From Phoronis australis (lineage: Eukaryota; Animalia; Phoronida), in NCBI GenBank assembly GCA_002633005.1, contig NMRA01000026.1, positions 1,103,330 to 1,167,329 of the forward strand: DNA of 64,000 nt, given 5' to 3'. The notes below the pieces were generated by a model. That model did not search any database and was not told the origin of the DNA. It worked only from the letters and a program-made list of their open reading frames with translations. This document shows positions 36,601 through 50,700 of this stretch, one piece after another. A program made the position numbers and the translations under genes. The number at the start of each line of letters is the position of its first letter. Within the stretch, counting starts at the first letter, position 1.

Positions 36601-39600
36601 GGTATGAGAGTGCGATGAACGAAGGTTAAGTTAGAATCCACACAAGTCACTGTAGTGATTAATATACAAATGACAAAAAAAATGTCATTTTAATGAAAAT
36701 TTGAGCATATTCAGGTTAATAAAGGAACAAACTACAACCCATAAAAATGGAAATGTCAACTCCTACTTTTCAGACTCTGTCGCATTCTTGCACTTGATGA
36801 CCTCAAAATATAGGCAAATTCCTTTACGAGAAAACATAAAAACGCCTGGCCTTCTGATTCGGTACTAAATGTCACTTAGGTGGGGAAAAGATGTTAAATT
36901 AAGTAGGAGTACGGCGTCTGATTGGCGATGTGGCTCAGTTCTACCTGAGACAGCTTACATTCCGGGAACGTGGATGAAAAATGACCATTTATGATGTATT
37001 GGTTAATTTTAGTGCGTTTGCACGCTTGATTGTCAGCTTACTATTGAAGCAGTGCTAACGATTTGATTGAAGAGTTTCACGAAACAGACGATACGTTTTT
37101 TGAGATTACCCAGGCACGTGACTCTGAAATGTTAGTCATTTCACGTAATAACAGGTGTAGCGTTTTAGCATTGGGATGTCTTTTCAAGGTAGTTGCAATT
37201 GTTTAAGTTTGTTTTGCAATGTAATTGGTGTTATGCGGTATTTTCTAATGATTGAAAAATGAGGTAAAATGCAATTGAGTTTTGAGCAGATTTCAGATTT
37301 GACGAGAAAACGTTTTGGCAATGTCAAAAATCTCTTTTTGTTGAAGATATTGCGTTCTGAGTGCAACTCGAAGCAAAGCCTGAACCGCGATTAGTTGTGA
37401 TCTGGACATTTGCAGAAAACGAGACTCAAATGGAATAGCAGTTTATTTGAGGGTCTGACAATCAACATTTCGAAGTATAAAAGGAGATCAATTTTCAAGC
37501 GGGCGTTTATAGATGTCATTGCGCGCAGTTAAAGGTGTATTATTTAATTGAATCCTTGTTATCTAGAGCGCCGAGGTACAAGGCCATCGACGTGACTTCA
37601 GTCCGATTTCTGACCTGAACGTGTTCAAAGTATTTTAGACTCTTTTATCACTTCGGAAGAGAGTTTATAACGTCGTGTAAACAAATGTCGTGGTAACAAT
37701 AACTTGTTCTTTAAGGTGGACGTCTATTGTTGTCCGTTATGTTAGACTTGTCAAAATATAAATATAGAAAGGAATTCCACAAAGACTGTTGCTTTCGTTA
37801 CAGTGGCTTTAAATTCTTTATGTATATTGTATATAGCCATAAACGAAACAAACTAGAGTTTTATTGGTTAAAAACTTACCTCCGTCTTTCACTCGCAAGC
37901 GGAACGCATTGCTAAAAATCACAATTTTTAAGCCACACCATCAAGACAGTGTAAGAACAATATGTGTGTTGACGTAAGTCGCTCTGTTTGCTTTGACTAA
38001 CGGCTGATATATTTCAAGTTTCTAACATTTCCAATCCATTGTCCAAAACAATTAAACAAGTGCCGTAAATGAGTGACAATAAAAAATATGCGAATAATAG
38101 AAATATTTGATTGCTTTAGTGGCAAATTACAAATGATAGGGAAGCACTTAAGAGGTTGAATGTAGATAGAGTACGCCTTATTCAAATCTAATATTATTTT
38201 AAGACATATGATAGTACTAGATATTTGCAAGAGTAATTATACAATAGGCGAGGGGCTGAACTGGAAGACAAATAAACGCGCGCCGACCTCCACGGTTGAT
38301 GTTTTTGTTGGATAATATTTATACAGAGGTTTCACAGCAAAGACCTTAAATACCTTGGCAGTGGCTCCTCGTCAGTCTTTTCAACGAGTCTTTACAGTGA
38401 GCAGAACTCATTGAAAAAGACACACATAACAAATATGTTGGTAAACTCGGTCCGCTTGTACTTGAAAATCCGTGTCAGTGACCAATCAAAAACGCGCTAA
38501 GGCGACTGAGAAAGTTGCCCATTGTTTTTCTTGTCTAAGCATTCTATCAATCAATAGGCAGTAAGTGACAAATCGTACGTCCCCCTGTGCGCAAAGACCT
38601 GTAGCCAAACGGCCGTCTTCTCGTCTAGACAACAAGTCGCTGGCTCGCTCCATACACATGACCGGTCGGAACTCATCGATACGCTTATAAAAGCCCATTC
38701 ATAGCGCACGTCAGTCAGTATTCGTGATACCTCTTGTACTGTAGTACCGGATGGTAGCATGCCGTGCGCGTAGCATCACAGCGTGTTTGTTCGTCAGTTA
38801 CAAATTCATGCCGAAGTAGGAATAATGCAATCATAGTTTGGCTACAGAAGAGTAATTTTTACGATTTAGCTGCAGTTTCTCGGGATAACATTACACCGAG
38901 GAATTTGACTAACTGGACTATTCTCTGTGTGAATTCGTATTACGTCCCGTTTGCCACACACGATTGGATCTGGGAACCTGGGAACGTAAATATTTGTGGG
39001 ACGAACTGTTATATGTTTGGACATTTACACGTCATCGACAGCATTTCCGTGATTTGATGGCATGCAGATAAGACAACAGTGGTATGTATAGCTTTTCTCT
39101 TGTCATGTATTTATAGTTTTGGTTTTAGTTCGCGGTTGGTTAACTAAAGAAAATTATACAAATCTATGATACAAACACGTATCAATTTCAAGGTTTTACC
39201 ACTGAGCTTGATTGGCAGGAGTCAAACCATGTAAAGCTCAATAACATGGTCCTGTGTGATAATCAGATTATGACTAGCGTACTCGCTTTCCATTTGCACG
39301 AACCCATTAAGACATGGAAATGTGTGAATGTGGATTAGTTCAGAACGAAAAGGCGTCAAGAGAATTTCCATCGCAATTTCCAAGCTGTTAAGTAATTCTG
39401 CACTTTGTAACAATTGAATTTTCAACGCAAAATGTTGCTTTGCACAAGCTTACTCAATGTGGCAGGCCGTCATGGCTTAGATGATACTGAACGTATCCGA
39501 ACTTTCCCAAGTGATAAGTGACAATGACGTTAGGTAATAATGACATTTGCCAATAACACATCAACCACAAGCTATTCAAGCATGTCAGATTAACATAGTC

Positions 39601-40208
39601 TCTTTAGTTCATTTTGTACCTTGTAGCTAAAGCTAAATTTCCACCTACAAAACTAATTCAACAAAACTTTGCTGCCTACGCGCCAGGTCGGCACTATATG
39701 TTGTTTCTTGAACAAAATGTAAGCAACGTCCTCGTTCCTGTGATCCGCCACAAACACAGGTTAACATTTGCCGTGACAGTCATAAACTTGTTTTATCAAT
39801 GAATTTAGTGTGTCAACCGCGGCTGACAACTGCTCGTGTAAACTGTTCATGGAATTTGCAGAACAATGAGCGCAAACGGACTGACAATAGCAATCTGCAC
39901 AGTTAGTGACAAAGTTGTGGATTATTTAATCTGCCTTCGCGGGCTAAATAGAACGGGAAGCCATAGCAGGCATTCATGTGGATTTGCGCGCCCGGGCTGC
40001 CAGAGTTGATTTATGCGATCAAATTTAAAAGTAATGCTTTCGAATCGCCATGGAGCAGTACGTTACAGTTGTAAGTAACATTTCGCTGACATTCATTTTG
40101 ATCATTAAATACGAATAATCGCTTAACTTGTCACGGTTAAGAATGTCATTGGTTCGTTGTCTTTTCGCTGACATGCTTTTTGTTATTTCAGAACTGACAG
40201 AGTCGACC

Positions 40209-40958
40209 ATGTGGGTTAAAGAAGCTATTTTACTGCTTGTAGCTGTTATCAGCCAAGTTGTGCAGTGCGCAGATTTGGGACTTGCATTTGCGAGGAGATC
40301 ATTACCTGTATACATAAGAAGAAAAATACCAACGTCGAAATCCATATTTGACTCTCTCCGTCCTTCTGAGGAATTACCGGTGTTTCCCTTAGTAGGCTTA
40401 TCGGAAAACCAAGACTCGCGACTTGACCCGTCCGCGAAAGACTTGGATCAAACGACACTTATGAATTTACTTGGAGATAACTATGACCACGAATTCATGT
40501 CTGTGGTAAGACCCATTGAAAGTATTACAAAACCAAACGGTACGTTAAATTATAGATTCAAGAAAGGTATGCGTCCAAAGGGGGAGATGCCAAAAGAAAT
40601 CAAGAAATTACGATTAAAAAATATCAGACTACCCGATGGACCTTCTCTGAAAACAAAATTTGGCAAAAGGACCAGGCAAAAGATCCAGAGGTTCCTCTGG
40701 GTCTACAGTTACTGTCCCGTGCGCTACACATGGACGGACTTAGGCAAGAGATACTGGCCTCGGTGGATAAAATTGGGTCGATGTGACAATAGCAAGCCGT
40801 GCTCTATTCCAGCTGGAATGAAATGTAGCAAAAAATCGTCAGCTAAAAAAACAATACTTCGGTGGGTTTGTAAGCGAAGTATGAATAAAGTTATCAGAAA
40901 TTGTAGATGGGCCCCCATGCCAATTTCTACGATAACCGAGTGTAAATGCGGCTGCTAG
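40209..40958 (+). CDS. NOG: Noggin (secreted BMP antagonist), intronless CDS, 249 aa
   Basis: Signal peptide MWVKEAILLLVAVISQVVQC. Clip region PLVGLSENQDSRLDPSAKDLDQTTLMNLLGDNYDHEFMS, MPKEIKKL and a basic patch. C-terminal FLWVYSYCPVRYTWTDLGKRYWPRWIKLGRC...CSIPAGMKC...LRWVC...ITECKCGC with 9 Cys. Lacks the long Cys5-Cys6 insertion of noggin-like genes. Confidence 0.97.
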   Translation: MWVKEAILLLVAVISQVVQCADLGLAFARRSLPVYIRRKIPTSKSIFDSLRPSEELPVFPLVGLSENQDSRLDPSAKDLDQTTLMNLLGDNYDHEFMSVVRPIESITKPNGTLNYRFKKGMRPKGEMPKEIKKLRLKNIRLPDGPSLKTKFGKRTRQKIQRFLWVYSYCPVRYTWTDLGKRYWPRWIKLGRCDNSKPCSIPAGMKCSKKSSAKKTILRWVCKRSMNKVIRNCRWAPMPISTITECKCGC

Positions 40959-41725
40959 TCTACAATGCAGTGGATTTCGTGAAGAAAAATCTCTGTACCA
41001 TTAGGTCTCAACCGTTGGCCTTATCTTCAGCTGAGACGAAGAGTATAGTTAACAGTAAACTGTACGCAGCAGTTGTAAAATGTGTGGATATTCGGGGTAC
41101 AAATTCGTCTGCCAACCCCAAATTCGCTAGTCAGGCGTTCTCTGCAAGGTGCCATGTAATGTGTAGGGTTACCCTGGAAACTACAGGAAAAGATAGCTTG
41201 AAATGACGGTTCTTACCGACTATGCGCATTGTCGTAGTGACACTTTTAACAAGCGTTTAGTTACGGACTTGTTGTGGACAAGTTGTGCATTTAAACGTGG
41301 TACTGAGAAGGGTGTACTTATACTGTTATCGCTGAATCAGTTTAAGTACAATTCTTATGCTTTATATGTCTACAAAGACACAGATTAATGAGATTGAGGC
41401 TAAGTTCAAGCAATAATTTAGCTTGCGAAGTGCAAGAACTGGTCGAAACGCTTAACGTTTCTGTCATCAAGTATGAATTGTCGCACGAACATACCTCTGC
41501 GAATTTTGGTGTTCATAAACGGCAAACATGTCAAATTATAATTAAAGTATTTATTGTAAGATATAATTTATTTGACCATATGTGTATTTGCAGAGAAAAG
41601 TGCCAAGCCGGGACACATGTTGATGTCTAGTAATGCGTCCTATATTTAATGTTTTATTCATAAATTATTTCTCTATCAAATGCATTGAACACATGTAAAT
41701 ACAGATTCATAGTTTTGTTATAAGA

Positions 41726-41731
41726 AATAAA
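41726..41731 (+). terminator. Candidate noggin polyadenylation signal
   Basis: AATAAA ~770 nt after the stop, at the end of an AU-rich tract, followed by T/GT-rich sequence. Confidence 0.5.
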
Positions 41732-44700
41732 AGAATAACGTCAACAGTCCTCGTATTTTGTTTATCTACCACATTCCTGGGTTTAGCAGACTTTCAAGTC
41801 GACCTTTCCACTATTTATAAGAAGCTGATTACCTGTTTTCACTCTTTTCAAGTTATCGACTACAGAATTTGACACCTTTTTGAAATTTCGTAATCGGTTA
41901 ATTCAGTTATGACGAGAAGGGTGTAACCTGAGGTGTTGAACAAGGCAGGTACTCAACCGCTGTCATGGACTGGGTGTCTGTGCGCTGATATTCTAGACTG
42001 CTTGGAATACGGCAACGCAAACAAACGCTATTGCAAAGTATGGTGACCTTTTCGCTAACATCTCGTCGACCCTTTTCATCTCTGAAAACAGAATTTGTGA
42101 CGCATCTATTTTGTATTGTTAGGGACAGTGTCGAACATAAACTATCAGCATTGAATTCCTTGTCCCTCTAATGCGTTTCAGACTGACTCTGACTTTATTT
42201 AATGGCTTCCGTTTAATCTGAGAATCAATGTCTAATAATAGCATATAGATTTGATTCAACGGTCCATGGAAGGCCAATAAACTCGGGTTTTTGAAAGTTG
42301 GCTACTTGACTTAACTGTCTCGAACAAAAAAGCAAACGAGCTAGGAAACTACTCGACACAATACCATAACTTTTTGTTTCACAAGTAACAGTGGACGTTT
42401 TACATTTACAGTCATGTTCGCGTTATTAGGACAAGAAGGAGTTCGCAAGCTCCGTGGCCCCATTGTTTATTAAACCAATCACTGATAGTGTGACCACTTC
42501 CGGGTCATTCTTGCCATAAATTGCTGAAGAGGGTCAACAAAACTAAACAGTTCTTAAATAAATAAAAACTACGAAATGACCCAAAGCTCTCCGAGAGAAC
42601 GACGTGAACACGTTGGCTTACTCGAGACATGTTTGTTTCAAATTGGCCGGGCAATTGTAACTGCTGTGGGTATCCATTAGTTGGCGGCAAATGTGGCAAA
42701 TTGTGGTGTTGGAATTAACCACTGTGTGAACGACTGTGGAGAAAGGCACGGTTGCCCGTGGCATGGACATCCCTGACATGTCGGTAGCAATTCTCGTAAA
42801 CAACGTTAGTATAATATTTACAGACACTGTGTGTATTGTGTACACAATAAAATTGAGACTCCTTGAACCAGAGCCATAGTACAGCCATTGTGGGTATCGG
42901 AGGGGGATTTCCTTTTAACTTCTCTCAAGGATAATAGGTCTTTATAACCTCAGGTCGCCTCGATCTAATGCGTAGGGTTAAATGTTCCCTTAAAAGTTGC
43001 CCTCTTAAGTGGATTCTCATTGACTTGCTAATCAGATTTGAAAATCGGAATCGTTTTACGGCTTACAATGAAGAACCCGTAGAAGTTCTGTGGTCGAAGG
43101 AATTTCAATGTGTTGCGAATCCTTGTTGTGGAATGGGGTGCGAAATGCACTATGACGACATATTCTCCCGCTTTCTTTACTCGTCTGTAAACATCTTCAG
43201 AGCTTAGCTATCTGCCACCGTTGCTGGATATCCGTGGGCTAATGTTTTTACAGAAATTTACACGAGTTTACACACCCAAGGGCAAACCCATGTGCAGTCT
43301 CATTAGTAGCCGTTCTCACACATTTTAAACACGATTAGATGTGCTATGTTTGAACAGTTAGAGCGCCTATCAACCCGTCTTCGTCAAAAACTAACTTTGG
43401 ATTTGTGTAAACAATAGTTATTGTGTAAGATAAAAATTAGACCAGTTATAATTATAAAACTCCACTCGTCTTGTTCGTACCCCAAATAATAATGCATTTT
43501 TGAGTGATCTAAAGCAAAATTTGAATTCCCTGAAAGCATTCATATATATCAGCTTCAGAACACCTAGTCCTCAAACTCCTGATTTCGTACAAGGCCAAAT
43601 CCTCGAGTAGTTCTACACAAATCTACAACCTGGCAATATATGACGTCATGCTAGTTTTTTTTTGCTGCACCAACTCGTGGGATATTTCACTGAAATCTTA
43701 CTCCTATTATTTTCTATCGTCAATTTTGCAATGTTTTTGGTACTTTGTTGATAAAAGAATATCCGCTGGAGTTAATTTTTATTTGCCATCATCGTTAACG
43801 TTTAGCGGAACATTTTAATTGTTAACAGGTCAATCATATGTTATGACAATTTTCTGATTGCCAAACAATTTTTTCGTCACGACTGACACAGAAAGTAAAC
43901 ACCGTGCAAGTAACAGATGGATAGTTGTTCCTGTACACTACAGTCGTTATAAGCTTTTAATAACACCCTGTTGAATTTAGATAAAGGCGTGCCAGAAACA
44001 CTCCCGAATCCGTTATGTTCGGATCACGACTACGCGAGATCTCCTCGTCGCCCTGCCTACCGAGTTGTTCCCCGACTCATCCTCTAAGACAACATTTGTA
44101 ACGATAGGTGTGTAATTAATTAGTATTCATTAGTGAATAGACTTACGCGTCCTTTGATGTTCGGATGACGGGGGCAGTAGTTGCCACCCCACGCACCAAA
44201 CAGTAAATAAAACACGTGGCGGTCGATGAACGTGAGTTCATAACTCTCCCATGAAGATTGTCAATCGATGGCACATACCTAGTCAATGTCCCGTATGTGT
44301 TCCATTTCACACGTCTGCTGTTGTCAGCTCAAAACTACTTGCTTTGACTTAGTGTAAACACAACCTGCTTACTTTCGCCTTTTTTAACTTTAAATTTCAA
44401 GTTTCTGTTAGACGCTGTATGATAATTCAAAAATGTACTTTTCTGATATTGTACTTTTTATTTTGAATATGTGTTCATTTTCAAAACTTAAATCTATTTC
44501 TCATAAGCTGCAGAAATCATTATGGAATCTACATTTGAGTGTCGTTTTTATAACGTCAAATTAATTTGTCCATTATCATTTAATAATCATTGTTTACATT
44601 CTGAAGAATCGTACAGCAGGGGAAGCACCATGGTAGATGAAATTTCATCCGTGTCAAAACGTCTCCTTAGCTATGGCTCAGTCTGACAATTGTTAAATCG

Positions 44701-47700
44701 GTGCGACTGTTCACACTTATTGACATCAAGGTTACGACTGACAGACGAGTGTCCAGAATTCTGAAAATAGTGTAAGCCTTTTCCACATACATGCAGTCTA
44801 ACGCTTTTCGGGAAAAATCTAACAATTTTAAATATTTTAAAACTTTATGCGACTGTAGGACTTCTTTGGAACCTACGTAATGTAGAACTACTAACACTAA
44901 GAGCAATGGAGGTGGAGTTCCGCAGACGCAAGAAACCTCACGAAAAAGCAAGATCTCTTAAGACCCGCAAAATCTCGCTAGTTATTAAAGACGTATGTTT
45001 CACTTGACCTTACTGGTGATTGATCGATGAGGTTGGAAAGTTAAATTATGTGATAGAAAGAACTAGACAAGTTATTTCCGTTCCATAAATGAAAATTTCT
45101 CGCCGCAAGTGCAACGCAAGCGCATCGCAGCCCACGTGGTCGCTTCCGCCTTGAGTTTTGAGTGGATTGAAATGAGCACGACTCACTCCACCTCAGAAGC
45201 AGGTGACAAGTTGACACCGGGGTGTCAATTAGTTCTGACTGTCATCTATATGCATTTGCGCTGTGTCATTTTGCGCTGTGTCAAAAATGCCGTGTAAATG
45301 CAACGTTTGATAGGAACAACCAAACTCACATTTGCACGACACTGAAATTATAGCGGCAAAAATACCGACGAATTGAAATCTTCTGTGGTTCATATCAAAG
45401 TTCTACTGTGCCCGACTAGGTACATCAAAAAGAATAGCATCGCGTCGTTATGGGCCTGATTATAATTATCGAGTGGTGATTTTGTCGTCATTTCACCAAA
45501 CAAGCTTGAAGGGACACAGTCAGTTTTAGTTTAGGGCCAAAACACGCATTTTGAGAATCATTACTGGTTAGGGCAGACTTAGTGAAGTCGTAAGCTGTGA
45601 TCAGAGCTATAAAACAGCAAAATCCGTTGCGTTTTTATGACATTAGTATTTTCAAGTGATCGAAAGTATTTCAAGTGTTATCAGTTGACAACATATTTTT
45701 TCCACAAACCATTATTGGTTGGTTCGACGGATTGAAAGTTTCCGAACATTCGTAGTTAAATCGATGTGTGTGGCAACAACGTAAAGTAGTATATGATTAA
45801 ATAAATTATATAAATACATTTATAAATTCACAAAACGTTTTTAAATTCCACAGGGCAGGCACCTTGTTATTATTGTAAGTACCGCGACTATATCGTTTTT
45901 AAATTCCCCGACAGGTTCCTTGTTATTCTTGTAAGTTATTCAACTATTTCGTACAAGTTAAACATAAAATTCTAAAACATTTTAGTATTCAAGCTGTCAG
46001 AGTTGTCAATTGTTAACTACATGCAATACAATATCACTAGATAACTTGTCAACCCACTGTCCTGTTTTTCAATACAAATCCATTGAAACTTTCCACACAC
46101 AAAAGAAGTTTTCCTGACTTGTCCACCTCTGTGTAACAAGAACTTTGTATTGGATCATTCCGTCACTGATGAAATCCCCGGCGTTGGCCCCTTGACACCG
46201 TCAATGGACGTTACGTGAATACGTCTATGTTGATTCGAGTGTTAATGCGAGCTGTCAACGACAGTGAAAAACGCCTGGCTCCACCATTCAACTAAAACAA
46301 ACATTATCGAGGAATATATACATGGTTGAATATAATTAATTTCTTCACTTAATGTTACACCAGCTCTGTATGAGGTGACTGAAATGAATTGTTGACAATA
46401 CAGTGGAAATCGGCGTGCGCCATTCAATCAATACAACATGTGCTTCTCAAGCCACACATGCATGATTTGGCGCCGTAACAGACATTTTGGAGAAGAGAAG
46501 GTGAAATCATTCTACATTTAACTACGAGGGAAAACATTGAAACGATGATAATAGTGTGTAAACACATTAAGTTGTATAGATAAAGCAAAATTTGTGTGTT
46601 TTTGTTTGATAAAAATGTCTGGAAAGAACTGCTAGAGTTCTGAGGGCTTTCGTGAGGAACACTTTTTAAAATGGAAAAGTTGTAGAAAAAATTACTCAAC
46701 AAAAAACCGTTGTAGATATAGTCTCTGAATAGATCCGGTGCACCTGTATAAAAATATGTCACAGGATCGCTTTACTAATCCGGTGTTATTAAATTAGCCG
46801 TACGCGTTTATCCGCTTGAGCGCTGTTCCCCAATATATCCCGCCTGACTTCCTATTTTGTAGAGCCAGTCAGATTTCTAATCAATCAATACTCCATAATC
46901 GCATAGATTGTTAAATACTGCTAACAAACAAAGCTGTTGATTTATAAGTTAGGCATTTTTGTAATCAACAGAAAGAAAAACATACAATTAGTACGGAACC
47001 AGACGTGCACCTGGTCTGATCTCAATATAGCCATGTTATTCCACCTGAGAACTATAGACAGTGATTCTGACGAGGGAACATATACTTAGCAGCCTCTGAG
47101 CCAACTTATATTTATTTAGCTCGACTAAATTGTTCAAACATCAAAAACTATTTTTGTTTGCGCACAAATTTTGTTTACATTCCAATTGGTCCCGCATATT
47201 TTTGTATTGAACTGTTTGCGTTTTCAGGCACTCCGAGCCTGGGTCGTTCAAGAACTGTTATGAAATTAGTATATTGACTGTATTACTTATAAGACTCATT
47301 GAAAATTTTATCTCAATGGTCCTATGTACACTTATAAAGCCGGTTTCGGTCTATATTGTGATATGCATGAATACAAAATTAATGTGTGGAATTCTTAGCC
47401 ATTGCGTGACCATTGGACGTACCAAAATATTTTCTTAACAAGATTATGAATATAAAAGATTTGCGCTTCCTAGATCGGGGCAACCGAATAGAGCCCTTCC
47501 GGGCCTAATGTTGACCCAAGCTCGCTATTCCCTCCAGTTTTGTTGTCTTTAACGGAAATCTCCCCCGAAATCTTTTTCGGTTGACGTGTTATCCGAATTT
47601 ATTGACATCACACCCCAAAGGCATCTTTTGTACAACACCTCACATTTAGGCTACCACACGATTCACCTGTGAAGATCGTTATTAACAAGATGAGCAAAAC

Positions 47701-50700
47701 AGACGCTCTTACAAAGCCAAGTGAAGGCTCGTTTTCAAAAGATATACGCCTCTTGACATCTAGTTTGCCATGTCCTAATTATATACACTGGTCGCACAAC
47801 AATTTAATTTCTAACGTATTTGCAAAGTTAAAATTGTCATGTTAAAAACAAATGGCTTTCGTTAATGGTGAAGTGCGGCTACTTCAAAATACTTGCACAT
47901 ATTTCATTTTCAGTCTCCGTAATGCGCTGCCCGATGAATTTGGTTGGTTTGTCTAGAGTTGCTCTTTATGTACACTTTGTCCGAGCCAGTGACGAGACTA
48001 GCACTTCATGTTGTCCGTGCCAGGACTCGACGGGCTAAAGTCAATTTATTTTAAAAGCAGCGATCGATAGAAGTCAGAGATAAACTATCAAATTTTAATG
48101 CTGGACAATTAACTTTAATTCAGGAGTGTATTTAGAGAGATGTCTGTCTGTCTTCGCGGTGTTATTTTTAATCCACACTGTCAACAACAATTAGCTTCCA
48201 ACACAAACAAGTTGTACAATTGTGAAAACAGTGCGAATACGTTGACTCCTTTTGGTTGGATAACAACAACAGGAGCGGCTGACTTCTCAGATTGGTATTA
48301 TTTCAAAGTGCCCAACTGAATAAGGTGGTTTTTAATTACATTTGTCACATCTCGAAGCCGGACTGCCCACTGGACATTTTAGTGTTCGAGTCCTTCTCAA
48401 ACAGTCTGTCACCCAACGCACATCGGTTTTGCGCGTATAATTTAAAGGTCCACGCACCGACTTATACTTTAAAGCCAGGACATATATCAGTTTTACCGAC
48501 ACGGACAAAAACACGGTTTTTCGAAAGCAGCACAAATGGCCAATTTTCCACTGGTATTCGAAGACAGGCCTATGTTTGATGAACCACTGTTATTCGAATG
48601 AAATTGCCAACGAACAACGCTTTCACACCAAAGAAGTTCTCGGTACAATCTCTCGAAAACGGTAAAAGCAATGGGGGCCGACTTAAGCGTTGTTCAATCT
48701 GAAAAAGATCCCCTTGAACGATGTCGCTTTCGAGGTTTTTTCCCCAAAGTTAATACCCACTTCCACTTGTCCCCAGTCTGTTGCATCAAGTTATAAGATG
48801 GAGTCAGAAGTTCTAAGAACGAGTTTGGTTTGCCAGGGCCTTATCACCGTTATCACCACCCTTAGTTTTTCGAAGGCAGAGCCGTTATTCTTTGCGTTCT
48901 CCAGTAATTAACCGGACACGCTAGTACCTGTAGGCGCCTCACAATCTCAGGCGCGATGGCTAAAAAGTGTAAGCTTAATTGGACGACTTTTCGAAGAGTT
49001 AATTAACATCCTAGCATACCCAACTTTAGATTTAAAGTGAAAAGGTTCACGAATTTAGTGGGAAATTCATTTGTGGGATGTTTTTTACCTTTCACTGTTA
49101 TTAGTTCTATTTACTTTTATATACGTCGCACGTAAAGACACTACACGTCATCATGAGAGAGCCAAACCTTCACATTTTGCAGGTTTATTTGTTTAAGATC
49201 CTATAGACCGATTAATTTAAAGATATTCCTGGTATGAATTATACTAAACATTAACATAATTATTTTTGCTTGTGTTTGTCTTATTCATCATTAGTATTAA
49301 TATTATCATTCATTTTCAAACTTTTCCTGCTGTGAACAGGCAGAATTCTAAATTGAATTCAGAGTCAGCGTACCTTTTCTTATCATTTGATTAATTCTCA
49401 AGCGAAAAGTTGATCACCGCAGCATCCATGTTCTTATGATCTTTTTGAGATTTTTATGAATTTGTAATCATCATCAAAACCTACATATTATTCCCCTCGT
49501 GTTTTTGTTATTTTCCCACCAGCAACGAACTTTTCAAGGTATTTGTTATGTTTTTTCAATGACCATGCAATAAACCTCTTAACTTCTGAGGCCTGGAAAC
49601 GACCCGTGAGTGGACAGTCTGTGTTTAACCTGTGGGAACCCTGGCAAGCTTTCCCTCTTTTTATAACGTTACGTTATTAAATCTGACAGTTGACAGTTAC
49701 CGCTTTTTAGACCACAAAAGTTTTCCTGTCACGGATATCGTTCATTACCGAGTCGTTGCTTGGTCCATCTATTCAAATATACCTGTCTCTTCTTAAACCA
49801 CGTATAATAGAGGGGGGGGTGGGCAAAAACAATTCTTTGTATCATCTTCGTTCATGTTATGAAGCAAAAAAGAAGTACACCTCGATTTTTACTTCGTTGT
49901 ATATTACCCTACCATCCTTACTCCGGCTGAGCCCGACCGCAACTGCCATTTAACCTGTTAACTTAATTAACGCGGAATTGTTCCAGAATAGCGATAAATA
50001 TGTAACACAGTGATGCGTTTATCACATGTCGATGCTGTGCCAACCTGCTAGAGAATTATGCTAATACAAAACCAATCTCCTTTGTATAGAATCTTTTGAC
50101 AGACATATTTTTATAGCTGGTAAAACTTGCAAGTATGGTATAGCTGCCGAGAGAGTATATTGTTTTTGGACTAGTGAGGTTATGTGGACATTTGGTATGA
50201 TTATGGAAAGAGCAATACATGTCAGGAATGAATTAGTCGGCGCAGTTCAATACATTTTGTTTCACTGGTTAATGATGAGAATAGCTTAATTTGTACAACT
50301 TTGATGATATATCTTAAGAACGATGACGCCGAAAGAAGATGCCGAAGCAGTGAAAGTAGCGATGAAATATTAAGATATTGACGACGATGGCGATAATCAA
50401 TGAGAGTTGATGGAAATCCTTCACCACGTCTTTTAACATACACACGAGAGGTGTCTTGAAATTTCGATGTCAAAATTTTATCATAAGTGTTGAAAATGAA
50501 GTTGGTGAAACTGCGAATATTTTTAGACTCTCCATCAATGAGCAAAACGCTAACTCGACAGACTTATCAGGTGATGAAGGGACCGACGGTAATGAATAAC
50601 GTGTGAAAGACATTTGTAAAAAACAAGCGGCGCCAACGATTTGCTCGGTTGTCTGCTGCGAGTCAACACACAGATCTCACACATACTCTTACAACTGACA

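Noticed and set aside
40128-40208. Upstream in-frame extension of the noggin ORF
   Set aside because: It starts at TTG and spans a polypyrimidine tract and acceptor; the signal peptide begins at ATG 40209.
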